Origin: an uncultured delta proteobacterium | Lineage (GTDB): Bacteria > Myxococcota_A > UBA9160 > UBA4427 | Length of the DNA stretch: 64,000 bases | Direction: 5' to 3' | Assembly: GCA_963822965.1 (NCBI GenBank) | Contig: CAWGJT010000012.1 | Span: forward strand, 192,001 to 256,000 | Shown: positions 31,967 through 41,902 of the stretch, in pieces | How the letters are laid out: the number at the start of each line of letters is the position of its first letter | Numbering within the stretch: the first letter of the stretch is position 1 | Made by a program: the position numbers and the translations under genes | Notes under the pieces: generated by a model | Told to the model about the DNA's origin: nothing | Databases searched by the model: none | The model's input: the letters and a program-made list of their open reading frames with translations, nothing else

Positions 31967-32656
31967 TCAGCCGCGGCGCAGGTTGTACTTCAGGATGCAC
32001 CAGATCGCCTGGAAGCCGTCCTTCCAGCCGATCTTCTTGCCCTCGTCGTACGTGCGGCCCGAGTAGGAGATGCCGATCTCGTAGATGCGCCAGTGGCCGC
32101 GCGCGACCTTGGCGGTGATCTCGGGCTCCATGCCGAAACGCGACTCCTCGATCTCGATGCCCTGGATGACCTCGCGCCGGAAGAGCTTGTAGCAGGTCTC
32201 CATGTCCGTGAGGTTCAGGTTCGTGAACATGTTGGAGAGCAGTGTGAGCAGCTGGTTGCCGACCTGGTGCCAGAAGTACAGCACCCGGTGGGGCTGCCCG
32301 CCCATGAAGCGCGAGCCGTAGACCACGTCGGCCTTCCCGGCCAGGATCGGCTGCATCAGGTTCGGAATCTCGCGCGGGTCGTACTCGAGATCGGCATCCT
32401 GGATGATGACGAGGTCCCGGGTCGCGGCCGCGACGCCCGTGCGGATGGCCGCCCCCTTGCCCTGGTTGCGCTCGTGGTAGAGCACCACGATGCCCTCTTC
32501 GTTCTCGAGCTGCTGCAGCTTCTCGCGAGAGCCGTCGGTCGAGCCGTCGTCGACGAGGATGATCTCCTTGCTCACCGGAATCGCGGCGACGGCCGCCACG
32601 ATGGCGTCGATGGTCTCCGCCTCGTTGTAGACCGGAATGATCACCGACAGATCCAC
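31967..32656 (-). CDS. GT2 polyprenol-phosphate glycosyltransferase (DPM1-like)
   Basis: [52 protein letters not shown]. Confidence 0.92.
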   Translation of the reverse strand: MDLSVIIPVYNEAETIDAIVAAVAAIPVSKEIILVDDGSTDGSREKLQQLENEEGIVVLYHERNQGKGAAIRTGVAAATRDLVIIQDADLEYDPREIPNLMQPILAGKADVVYGSRFMGGQPHRVLYFWHQVGNQLLTLLSNMFTNLNLTDMETCYKLFRREVIQGIEIEESRFGMEPEITAKVARGHWRIYEIGISYSGRTYDEGKKIGWKDGFQAIWCILKYNLRRG

Positions 32657-32724
32657 GCTGGGCCCTCCACGGCCGCGACGACCGCTCGTCGTCACCTTCT
32701 CGGCGCCCGGCGCCGTTCCGGAAC

Positions 32725-33600
32725 CTACGGCTCCCGGAACGGCAGCCCGGGCTCCTCGCGCATTCCGCGGCGAGCCCGGGCGCCGGCCGCGGGCCATTCT
32801 ACCGAGCGTTCCGTTCGAGCCACCACGAGCACCACAACGATCCAGACCGGAAGCGATTCCAGCAACACGCCGCTCGCACCCGGCCAGCCCGCCACCAGAG
32901 CCAGCGCCGAGAGCACCACCGCCGCGAGCTGGATGGCGCAGGCCGCGAGCAGCAGCCGCCCCCACAGCTCGAGCCCGGCGGCCCGGGAGAGGCTTCGCCG
33001 CCGCGAGGCGTAGAGGGCGAGCCCGGTGACCGCCACGACGAGTGGCAGCCCGGCATGGATGGGCCGCAGATCGAAGCTGGCCGTCGTCGCCACGAGGGCG
33101 TGATGGTCGACGGCGAGCGCGAGGCCGACCGACGACAGCACGAACGCCGTGGCGCGAAAGAGAGCGACGGCCAGCGGCAGACCCGCCAGCTGGGCTGCCA
33201 GCTGGTAGGGGACCGGGACGACGAAGCCCGCCAACAGCGCGGTGGCGGGCGGGGCGAGGCCACGCACCAGCAGGAAGCCGGCCAGCCCGGCTGCCAGGGC
33301 GGGCCTCGCCACCCGGGGCGCCGCAGCCAGCACCGCCAGGAGCTGGAGCGCGAGGCCCCCGGCGATCAGCAGCGCGCCGGCGCCGACCCGGCGTCGCGAC
33401 GCCGGCCCCCGGTGGACGCACCAGGCGAGCAACGGCAGGAACAACGCGCTGTAGCGCGACCAGGGCTCCAGCATCCAGTGCCGCAGCAGGTCGAGGACGG
33501 TGGGCGAGAAGGCCGCCAGCAGAGCCAGCCCGAGCAGCCAGTCTCGCCGGCGTCTCGCCGGCGCCTCCGGCGCGGCAGCCCCGTGCACGTCCGAGGTCAT
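32725..33600 (-). CDS. Exosortase/EpsH-like multi-TM protein, apparently lacking the catalytic Cys/Arg/His
   Basis: N-terminal F.PT..L...W...W.RYS.LF.P pattern and about 8 TMs as in exosortases; ATGA-coupled to epsI; HAGLP where CSGLR is expected. Confidence 0.6.
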   Translation of the reverse strand: MTSDVHGAAAPEAPARRRRDWLLGLALLAAFSPTVLDLLRHWMLEPWSRYSALFLPLLAWCVHRGPASRRRVGAGALLIAGGLALQLLAVLAAAPRVARPALAAGLAGFLLVRGLAPPATALLAGFVVPVPYQLAAQLAGLPLAVALFRATAFVLSSVGLALAVDHHALVATTASFDLRPIHAGLPLVVAVTGLALYASRRRSLSRAAGLELWGRLLLAACAIQLAAVVLSALALVAGWPGASGVLLESLPVWIVVVLVVARTERSVEWPAAGARARRGMREEPGLPFREP

Positions 33601-34295
33601 CGGCTGACGGCCACCTTGCCCGGCGCAGCGGTCTCGACGGTCTCCCGGGGCCAGTGCTCCTGGAGCGGCTCCAGGAGCTCCCGAGCCAGGGCGCGCAGGC
33701 GCGCGCGTGCGATGCCCTCGTCCTCCCCCGATGCGATGGGCGTGCTGAGGCGCACGAGCGAGCCGTCGGCGCGTCCGGAGCGGATGCGGCTGACGAACCG
33801 CTCGACGGCCTGATCGAAGCCGCCGAGCATGCCCGTGCGGCGGTGCGACTGGTACCAGAAGTGGACGAGGCGGCGTTCTCCGGCCTTCTCGACCACGAGC
33901 TCGTTGGCCCGGACGATGTCGTCCGGGGTCCGCGCGACCTCGTCCACCACGCCGTGCCGAACGATCGTCCAGCCGTTGCTCGGATAGCAGACCCACGGTG
34001 TGTGCTCGGGGCGTCCGCCGCGCTCGGTTCCGTAGTAGCCGACGTAGAGCCAGACGAAGTCGCCGAACGGCCCCACGTAGACGCGCTGCAGGTTGAAGTC
34101 GGCGGCGAGCATCTGCTCGACGCCGCTGTCCATGGCGATGTCCCGGCCGCGCCAGCCGGCGATCTCCAGGGGGAGGCCGGCAAGGGTGTTCGCCTGGACG
34201 GCGAGGGGCTCCCGCTGCTGCAGGAACCACGACAGCGCTCCGAAGGCGATCAGCAGCGGCACCAGGACGGCGATCGAACCGCGCTCCAGGTTCAC
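33597..34295 (-). CDS. epsI: EpsI-family exosortase-associated periplasmic protein
   Basis: N-terminal anchor, [40 protein letters not shown]. Confidence 0.85.
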   Translation of the reverse strand: MNLERGSIAVLVPLLIAFGALSWFLQQREPLAVQANTLAGLPLEIAGWRGRDIAMDSGVEQMLAADFNLQRVYVGPFGDFVWLYVGYYGTERGGRPEHTPWVCYPSNGWTIVRHGVVDEVARTPDDIVRANELVVEKAGERRLVHFWYQSHRRTGMLGGFDQAVERFVSRIRSGRADGSLVRLSTPIASGEDEGIARARLRALARELLEPLQEHWPRETVETAAPGKVAVSR

Positions 34296-34332
34296 GATGC
34301 AGGGCTCCCCATGGCCCGGGTATCGGCACTTC

Positions 34333-34379
34333 GCCGCGTGGACATCGTACGGACGGCCGCGCGGACATCGGTACGGACG
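34333..34379. repeat. Two tandem 23/24-bp direct repeats in the divergent epsI-Fn3 intergenic region
   Basis: GCCGCGTGGACATCG-TACGGACG followed by GCCGCGCGGACATCGGTACGGACG. Confidence 0.8.
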
Positions 34380-34633
34380 CCGAGCACCCGCGGCGGGTGG
34401 CCTGGCGGACGGGACAGGGTAGCAGCGGACCCGCTCGATCCCCTGGGGGCGGCGGGCGGGGACCCGGCCCGCGGCGGATCACAGCCGCTCCGCCGAGCCT
34501 GTGAGCACGGTCACGAGCCCCGGGTGCTCCCCGGTCGATGTCTCGAGAGCCGGAAGGGACGAACGTTCCCGGCGCCTTCCGCGCCCGAAGGGTGGCGGCG
34601 CAGACACCGGGAGACAGCGAGGAGGCCAGCATC

Positions 34634-35002
34634 ATGGGTCGAGCCATCAAGCGCATCGGTTTCGGAATCGCCTTCGCGACGCTCTTCGTCGCCGCACAGG
34701 CACAGGCGCGACCGGAGACCCTGCGATTCACCTACCCCGATCCCAGCGCGGTGAGCTCCTTCCGCGTCTACGTGGGCAGCGCCTCGGGGCAGAGCGACGT
34801 CCTGACCCAGACGCTCACGTCGTTCGGCTCGCCCGATGCCGACGGCGTGTACTCGGTCACGGTGGAGATCGACTCCCCGGACACAGTCTTCATCCGCCTG
34901 ACCGCCCTGGGCGCCGACTCGAACGAGAGCGTGGCGTCGAACGAGGTCCAGCGCAGCGCACCGCTCGGCGCGCCCGGACGCCCGGTGGTCGTCGTCCCCT
35001 AG
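34634..35002 (+). CDS. Small secreted single-domain Fn3-like protein (122 aa)
   Basis: Strong RBS GAGGAGG; signal peptide ending AQA; FRVYVG, FIRLTAL, ESVASNEV Fn3-like strands; C-terminus PLGAPGRPVVVVP. Confidence 0.8.
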   Translation: MGRAIKRIGFGIAFATLFVAAQAQARPETLRFTYPDPSAVSSFRVYVGSASGQSDVLTQTLTSFGSPDADGVYSVTVEIDSPDTVFIRLTALGADSNESVASNEVQRSAPLGAPGRPVVVVP

Positions 35003-35166
35003 GTTCTCCGTCCAGCCGGGGCCGAAGAGGCCGATCCGGCTCCCCGGGGAGCGCGCACCCCAGCGAACCTAAAGGAAAATCCTCTCGTTCCCTCTAAGTG
35101 GAGAGCGGACCTGCACCGGCGTGCGGGCCCTCCCTGCTTGCTCCGACTCCGGGCGACGAAGGCCGC

Positions 35167-35859
35167 GTGCGCGCGATCGCTCTGATTCTCACCGTCCTGA
35201 CCGGGTTCAGCGGGCTCGTCTACCAGGTGACGTGGCAGAAGTACCTGGCGGTCCTGCTGGGCTCCCACAGCGAGGCCACGGCCGCGGTGCTCGGGATCTT
35301 CCTGGGCGGCCTCTCCTCCGGCTACCTGCGGTCCCCCGTGAAGCTCTCCTCGGGACTCTTCCGCATCCGGGAGCCCTTCGCGTACTCCTACGAGGCACCG
35401 GATCGCATCTTCGAGCTGAAGCGCCGCGACCTCGGCGAGGACTTCGTGAAGTTCTACCGCGACGATCCCATCGCCTCGATCGCCGTGCAGGAGGGCGCGG
35501 GCGGGTCGCTCGCGATCGTCACCAACGGCAAGAGCGACGGGAACATCCCGCTGGACGACGAGACCCAGGAGCTACTCGCGCTGCTGCCCGCGCTGACCGC
35601 CCGCGGCGGGAGCCGCGCCTTCGTGATCGGCTACGCCACGGGCATGACCGTGGGCGCGCTCGGCGGCCTCGACGAGAACCTGCTGCGAACCCTCTCCGGC
35701 TGGTTCGACCCGGAGCCGGCGAGCGCCGAGCAGCCGCCCAGCGAGCAGTGGCGGCGCTACTTCCATCACGCGGCGCCGTTCGCGCTCGACGCCGGGACGA
35801 CGGCCACGTCCACGGGAGCCGGAACGCCGCATGCGAGCCTCACCCAGCGCGAGCCGTGA
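35167..35859 (+). pseudogene. Internally deleted remnant of a fused membrane-domain/spermidine-synthase-like gene
   Basis: N-terminal TM motif GFSGLVYQVTWQKYL..LLGS....VLGIFLGGL joined directly to NGKSDG and VIGYATGMT; only ~230 aa. Confidence 0.6.
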
Positions 35860-36015
35860 CGCCGGCGCGGCAGCCGCACGACCGCGACCCGAGACGGTCG
35901 GCGCGCGCCGCAGACGGCGAGCGGCTCCCTCCGCTAGCTTCTGCCTCGCGCCGGGTGGCGCCGCGACGTCCTCGAGCCCGGGCGGCGTGCGCCAGCGCCG
36001 GAGCCGGGAGCCCGC

Positions 36016-36510
<495 letters not shown>

Positions 36511-38056
36511 GGGGGTCGCGCGGCACCGTGTTGGGGGAGCACCCCCGAGACCCGCAGGGTCGAGACGATCAGGTTGCGCACCGGCGCCTCGCGCACGAAC
36601 GTGAGGTGACCGCCCTGGTACCAGACCATCGGCGGACGTCCCCAGTGCTCGTACAGGTCGCGGACCTGGTCCGGCGGAACCAGCCGATCCGCGACGCCGC
36701 CGAAGATCGCCCGACCGATGCGCGGCACCTTGGGCTCCAGCACCAGGGGCGACACCACGCGGAAGACCTGGGCGAGGAGCTCCGGCGTGATGCCTCCTTC
36801 CCGAAGCTCGCGCGCCTGCACCTCGTGGGAGTGCTCGAAGAGGAGCCGCTCGAAGCTCGTCGCCGGGATCCCCGGGATCGCGCACGCCAGGTCGTCGTCG
36901 AGGCAGGCGAGGAGCGCCGTGTTGTAGCCCCCCAACGAGAGGCCCAGCACGCCGATCGAGGGCGGCTCCTGGAAACGGATCCACGAGAGCAGGCGCCGGA
37001 TGTCCCACATCGCCTGGGCCTCGGCATGCACCGTGTCGAGGGCGTTGCCGCCCATGAAGCCGTCGCCGCTCCGGCGCCCGTACTTGCGTTCCCCGTGCAG
37101 GGGCAGCACCGGCAGCAGCAGGTTGAGGCCGAGCTTGTGGTGGTAGTAGCGCGGATCGAAGGCGCTGAGGTCGGACAGCGCCGATCCCATCTGGTAGCCG
37201 TGGATGCAGACGAGCCAGGGCCGCGGCGGTCCGGGATGCCGCAGCACGCGGGCGATGGCGGTGCGGTTCTTGGAGTACCCGAGCCAGCGCTCGCGACCGG
37301 GCTCCTCGCTGTGGGGCTCGTACTCGCTGTCGAAGCAGAGGTGCTCGAACTCGATGCCCCGGGCCCGGGCGGTCCGGATGCGCGGCGCGTCGAGGGCCAG
37401 CGGAGGCCGGTGATAGCTCTCGGGCTTCTCGAGCCAGCCGCGGGCGGCGAAGACCTGCAGCGCCTCCTCGATCTCCCCCCGGATGCGCGCGACGCGACTG
37501 CCTCGCGGCAGGGTGCGGGTGACGTTCATGGTGGAGAGGACGGCCTCGTCGAGGGCCACCTTGGCGGCCATCCCGCTGCTGGCCCGCGGCGGTGGAACGC
37601 CCTCGGTCTCGCGCGAGATCCGCAGGGAGATGCGGCCCGCGGCCACGAAGGACGCGGCGGACAGCAGGGCCAGCGCCACCGCGCTCCAGAAGCCGATGAC
37701 GAAGACCGCCGGCAGGGCCAGCAGCACCCCGATCACCGCGCCTAGGGCGCCGAACTGCAGCATGCGGCGGTCGTCGGACCAGAGCAGCTCCCCGGCACCG
37801 GTGGCAACCAGCAGCACCCCGGGCAGCAGCGCCAGCCCGAGCCCGAACGCCCCGTCCGCGGCGCCGAAGCCGAGCCAGCAGATGCCGGTCACCAGCGGCA
37901 CCCAGGCCTCGTGCGACCTACGCTTTTCGTCTTCCATCGCGTCCTCCGAGGAATGCGCAGGATAACGCCCCCGGCACGGGGCGGCCCCCATCGGGGCATG
38001 CGAGCCGCCGGACCGATCGGGGCCGAATCCGAGCGGATCCGAGTAGAATGGGCGCA

Positions 38057-40501
38057 ATGGTTCGACGTCGGCTCGCGGCTTCCCCGCTCGAGAACGAGCC
38101 TCGCTGGCCCGACGCCCGAGGGCGTCGGATCGTGTTCCTGATGGACACCTCGAGCGCCGTGGAGCGCCTGCTGCTGCGCGCCTGGGCCGAGCGCGCGCGG
38201 GCCGCCGCGCCCGCTGGCCAGGCGCCCGGCGCCGACGCCGAGGCGCTCTTCCTCGAGATTCCGCCCACACGCCGGCGCCGGCGCCGGCGCGAGATCGACC
38301 CGCGCCTCGAAGCCGCACTCGCCTCGGACGACGATCCGCTGATGGCGCCGCTGCGGGTCGCCTGGCTGCCCCGGCTGGTGAACGGCGAGCGGGCGGCCCG
38401 CCTCTCGGACCTGCTGAAGCTCGGCGATCCCCGAGACCCGAGCTTCCCGCGACAGCTGTGGGTGCTCGCCCGCCGACGGGACCGCTGCCGCATCGTGGCC
38501 GGCGAGCCGGCGCCCGCCTCGGACCTGCGGCGTCGCTGGCGGGACGCAGGCGGTGCGGACGCCGGCCAGACCGGCGGCCTGGCGGACTTCGTCGCGCGCC
38601 AGGCGGCCCTGGCCCTCGAGCGCGCCGAGCGCACCGTTCGCGGGGCCCGCTACAAGGTGCCCCGTCTGATCCGGGAGGAGATCCTCGAGCGGCCGGCCTT
38701 CCGCGGCGGGCTCCAGCGCATCGCCCACGAAGCGGGGGTCCCCCTGGCCCGCGCGACGAAGCTGGCCCAGCGCTACCTCGCGGAGATCGCCGCGGCTCAC
38801 AGCCCCTTCGTGATCGACCTCGCCTCGGTGCTGATCCGCTGGATCTACACGCGCAGCTACAGCGAGGAGCTGCAGTACGACCGGGAGAAGCTCGCGGGCA
38901 TCGCGAAGCTCGCCCAGCGCCACCCGGTGGTCTTCCTGCCCACCCACAAGTCGAACCTCGACCACCTCGTCCTGCAGTACATGCTCTATGAGCACGGCCT
39001 GCCACCGAACCACACCGCCGGCGGCATCAACATGAACTTCTTTCCGGTGGGCCCGCTGGTGCGGCGCAGCGGCGTGTTCTTCATCCGCCGCACCTTCAAG
39101 GACAACCCGATCTACAAGCACGTGCTGCGGAGCTACGTCGACTACCTGATCGAGAAGCGCTTCAACCTCGAGTGGTACATCGAGGGCGGGCGATCGCGTT
39201 CGGGGAAGCTGCTGCCGCCGCGCTTCGGGATGCTCGCCTACGTGGTGGACGCGTTCCGCCGGGGCCGCAGCGACGACGTCTACCTCATCCCCGTCTCGAT
39301 CGCCTATGACCTGATCCAGGACGTTGGCTCCTACTCGGCAGAGGCCCAGGGCGCCGCCAAGCAGGCGGAGAGCTTCGGCTGGTTCGTGGGCTTCCTGCGC
39401 GGCTTCGCCACCCGCTCCGGGGAGATCCACATCCGCTTCGGAGACCCGCTCTCCCTGGCCGCCACGCTCTCGGCGCCCCACCGCGGCGGCGGGGCCAACG
39501 GCGAAGGCGTGTCCGACCCGGACGAGCAGGACCTGGAGCTGCAGAAGCTGGCCTTCGAGGTGGCGGTCCGGATCAACCAGGTCACGCCCATCACGCCCAC
39601 CTCCCTGGTCACCCTGGCGCTGCTCGGCTGGGGGGACCGGGCGGTCACGGTCCCCGAGGTGCGCATCAGTCTGAAGAACCTGCTCGACATGGTCGAGCAG
39701 CGGAAGCGGCCCGCCACCACGGCCCTCGAGCCCCTGCGCGGCGACGAGGGCGTGCGCGCGGCCCTCCAGGCGCTGGTCGAGCACGGCCTGCTCTCCTGCT
39801 ACGACGAGGGACCCGAGGCGGTCTACGTGATCGCCCGGGACCAGGAGCTCACCGCCGCCTACTACCGCAACACGGTCATCCACTTCTTCGTGAACAGCGC
39901 CATCTGCGAGCTGGCCCTGCTCCGCGCCGCCGAGGCCCACGGCGAGGACGACTTCGACCCGGTCGCGACCTTCCGGGACGAGACCATGCGCCTGCGGGAC
40001 CTCTTCAAGTTCGAGTTCTTCTTCGCGGAGAAGGAGGCTTTCCGCCGCGAGATCCACGACGAGATGCAGCTCCAAGACCCCCACTGGGAGGAGAAGCTCC
40101 ACGCGAGCCCCGAAGCCGGCCCGGAGATCGTGCGGCGCATGCGTCCATTCAGCGCCCATCGCACCCTGCGTCCCTTCCTCGAGAGCTACCAGGTGGTGAG
40201 CGAGATCCTGACCCGCTGCGACCCGGAGGCGCCGTTCGACGAGGCCCGCTTCCTCGCCGAGTGCCTGGGCCTGGGCAAGCAGCGGCTGCTGCAGCGACGC
40301 GTGCACTCCGGCTCGTCGGTCTCGAAGGTGCTCTTCCAGACGGCGCTCAAGCTCGCCCGAAACCGCGGCCTGGTCGACCCCGGAGCGCCCGACCTCGCGA
40401 TGCGCCGGCAGGCGTTCGCAGCGGAGATTCGCGACGCACTGCGTCGCGCCGAGGCAGTGGCGGCCCTGGCCGCCTCGCGTCGCGCCGGCCTCATTCCCTG
40501 A
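38057..40501 (+). CDS. plsB: Glycerol-3-phosphate 1-O-acyltransferase (PlsB-like)
   Basis: HKSNLD (HxxxxD), GVFFIRR, YIEGGRSRSGKL, IPVSIAYD. Confidence 0.9.
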   Translation: MVRRRLAASPLENEPRWPDARGRRIVFLMDTSSAVERLLLRAWAERARAAAPAGQAPGADAEALFLEIPPTRRRRRRREIDPRLEAALASDDDPLMAPLRVAWLPRLVNGERAARLSDLLKLGDPRDPSFPRQLWVLARRRDRCRIVAGEPAPASDLRRRWRDAGGADAGQTGGLADFVARQAALALERAERTVRGARYKVPRLIREEILERPAFRGGLQRIAHEAGVPLARATKLAQRYLAEIAAAHSPFVIDLASVLIRWIYTRSYSEELQYDREKLAGIAKLAQRHPVVFLPTHKSNLDHLVLQYMLYEHGLPPNHTAGGINMNFFPVGPLVRRSGVFFIRRTFKDNPIYKHVLRSYVDYLIEKRFNLEWYIEGGRSRSGKLLPPRFGMLAYVVDAFRRGRSDDVYLIPVSIAYDLIQDVGSYSAEAQGAAKQAESFGWFVGFLRGFATRSGEIHIRFGDPLSLAATLSAPHRGGGANGEGVSDPDEQDLELQKLAFEVAVRINQVTPITPTSLVTLALLGWGDRAVTVPEVRISLKNLLDMVEQRKRPATTALEPLRGDEGVRAALQALVEHGLLSCYDEGPEAVYVIARDQELTAAYYRNTVIHFFVNSAICELALLRAAEAHGEDDFDPVATFRDETMRLRDLFKFEFFFAEKEAFRREIHDEMQLQDPHWEEKLHASPEAGPEIVRRMRPFSAHRTLRPFLESYQVVSEILTRCDPEAPFDEARFLAECLGLGKQRLLQRRVHSGSSVSKVLFQTALKLARNRGLVDPGAPDLAMRRQAFAAEIRDALRRAEAVAALAASRRAGLIP

Positions 40502-40701
40502 AGCGGTAAGCGACTTCCCTTCCCGGCCGCGCGCGAGCGTGCGACGAGACACGCACGCGTGTGCAGGAGGGGCCCCAACCGGCTAGCGCCACTCGCGCTT
40601 CACACGGCGGCCGCTTCCCCGATCCGCGCTGGCAGGGGGATTGCACGTAGGTAGGGGAGCAGGGGAGCAAGGAGACCAGCAGCCGACTTCGAGGAGGCGC
40701 G

Positions 40702-41874
40702 ATGCAGATTCGCCTGGCGACGCTCAACGCGTGGGGAATTCCCGAACCCATCGGGCGCGACGTCCAGGAACGCATCGATGCCATCGGCAAGCACCTCTCC
40801 TCCCTCGACCTCGACGTGATGGCCTTCCAGGAGGTCTGGACCCGGGAGGCCGCGCTGCGCCTGCGCGACGCCGGGCGCGCCGCAGGCCTGCCGCACTGCT
40901 GGTTCGGAGACGAGACCTTCGGAGCCGGCGGCCTGCTCGTGCTCTCGCGCCTGCCCATCGAGAAGGTCCGCTTCGAGCCCTACGCGGTCACCGGGGCCCC
41001 GGAGCGAGTCGTCCGCAACCTCGAGTACGTGGCCGGCAAGGGCTTCGCGACGATCCAGGTCACGACCCCCTCGGGCCCGCTGGTAGTGGTGGATACCCAC
41101 CTGCACGCCCGCTACGGCAGCATCGCCGCCCACAAGCACGCGGCGCAGCGCACCGGCCAGGTCGTGCAGATGACGAGCCGCTTCATCGACTCGCCGCTTC
41201 CCATGGTCGTGGTGGGCGACTTCAACTTCCAGGAGGGCGAGGCCGACTACCGGGTGCTGACCGACATCCTGGGCCTGCGCGACGTGGCGGCGGCCCTGGA
41301 CCGGCGCATCCCCACCACCCTCCGGAGCAACCCCTACGGCCAGCGCAGCTTCGACCGCCGCAAGGACTTCGTCTTCGTCCGCGACGGTCGGGGGGTCCGG
41401 GTGACGCCCCGCAGCCTGGTCCGCGCCTTCGACGAGACCCTGCACTTCGACGGGCGGCCCGCCGCCTACTCGAACCACGCGGGACTGCTGGTGCAGCTGG
41501 AGGTCGGCGCGGCCGAGACGACCGCGTGGTCGCACAGCTACCCGGACGCCGGCGTCTTCGACCTGGCCGCCAGCAAGCTGGCGGAGGGCGAGCGCCTGGC
41601 CCGGGCGCGACAGAACGGCGGGCGCCGCATCTCGGGGATCGGCATCGGGGTCTCGACCCTCGCCGCCCTGGCGGCGGCGCCCCGCCGCATGAGCCGGCGC
41701 AAGATGCTCCGCGCCTCGCTCGCCAGCGCCGCCCTGCTCGGCCTGCCGCCGGGCATCGGCTACTCGGTGGTCTCCGAGGTGCTGGTCCCCGACGAGATCC
41801 GCGCCTTCCGCCGGGCCGCCGACCAGCTCGCCCACCTGCGCTCGGAAGCCGAGGACGAGTCGCTGGCGTCCTGA
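40702..41874 (+). CDS. Endonuclease/exonuclease/phosphatase-family protein, neutral-sphingomyelinase-like, with C-terminal hydrophobic helices
   Basis: LATLNAWG, FQEVW, GLLVLSRLPI, AGKG, THLHARY, GDFN, DFVF, SNH. Confidence 0.8.
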   Translation: MQIRLATLNAWGIPEPIGRDVQERIDAIGKHLSSLDLDVMAFQEVWTREAALRLRDAGRAAGLPHCWFGDETFGAGGLLVLSRLPIEKVRFEPYAVTGAPERVVRNLEYVAGKGFATIQVTTPSGPLVVVDTHLHARYGSIAAHKHAAQRTGQVVQMTSRFIDSPLPMVVVGDFNFQEGEADYRVLTDILGLRDVAAALDRRIPTTLRSNPYGQRSFDRRKDFVFVRDGRGVRVTPRSLVRAFDETLHFDGRPAAYSNHAGLLVQLEVGAAETTAWSHSYPDAGVFDLAASKLAEGERLARARQNGGRRISGIGIGVSTLAALAAAPRRMSRRKMLRASLASAALLGLPPGIGYSVVSEVLVPDEIRAFRRAADQLAHLRSEAEDESLAS

Positions 41875-41902
41875 ACCCCGGGGCGCCCCCGACGTCCCGC
41901 GG

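Noticed and set aside
7395..35002. PEP-CTERM or MYXO-CTERM substrates for the exosortase-like protein
   Set aside because: None of the secreted proteins ends in a motif plus TM helix plus basic cluster.
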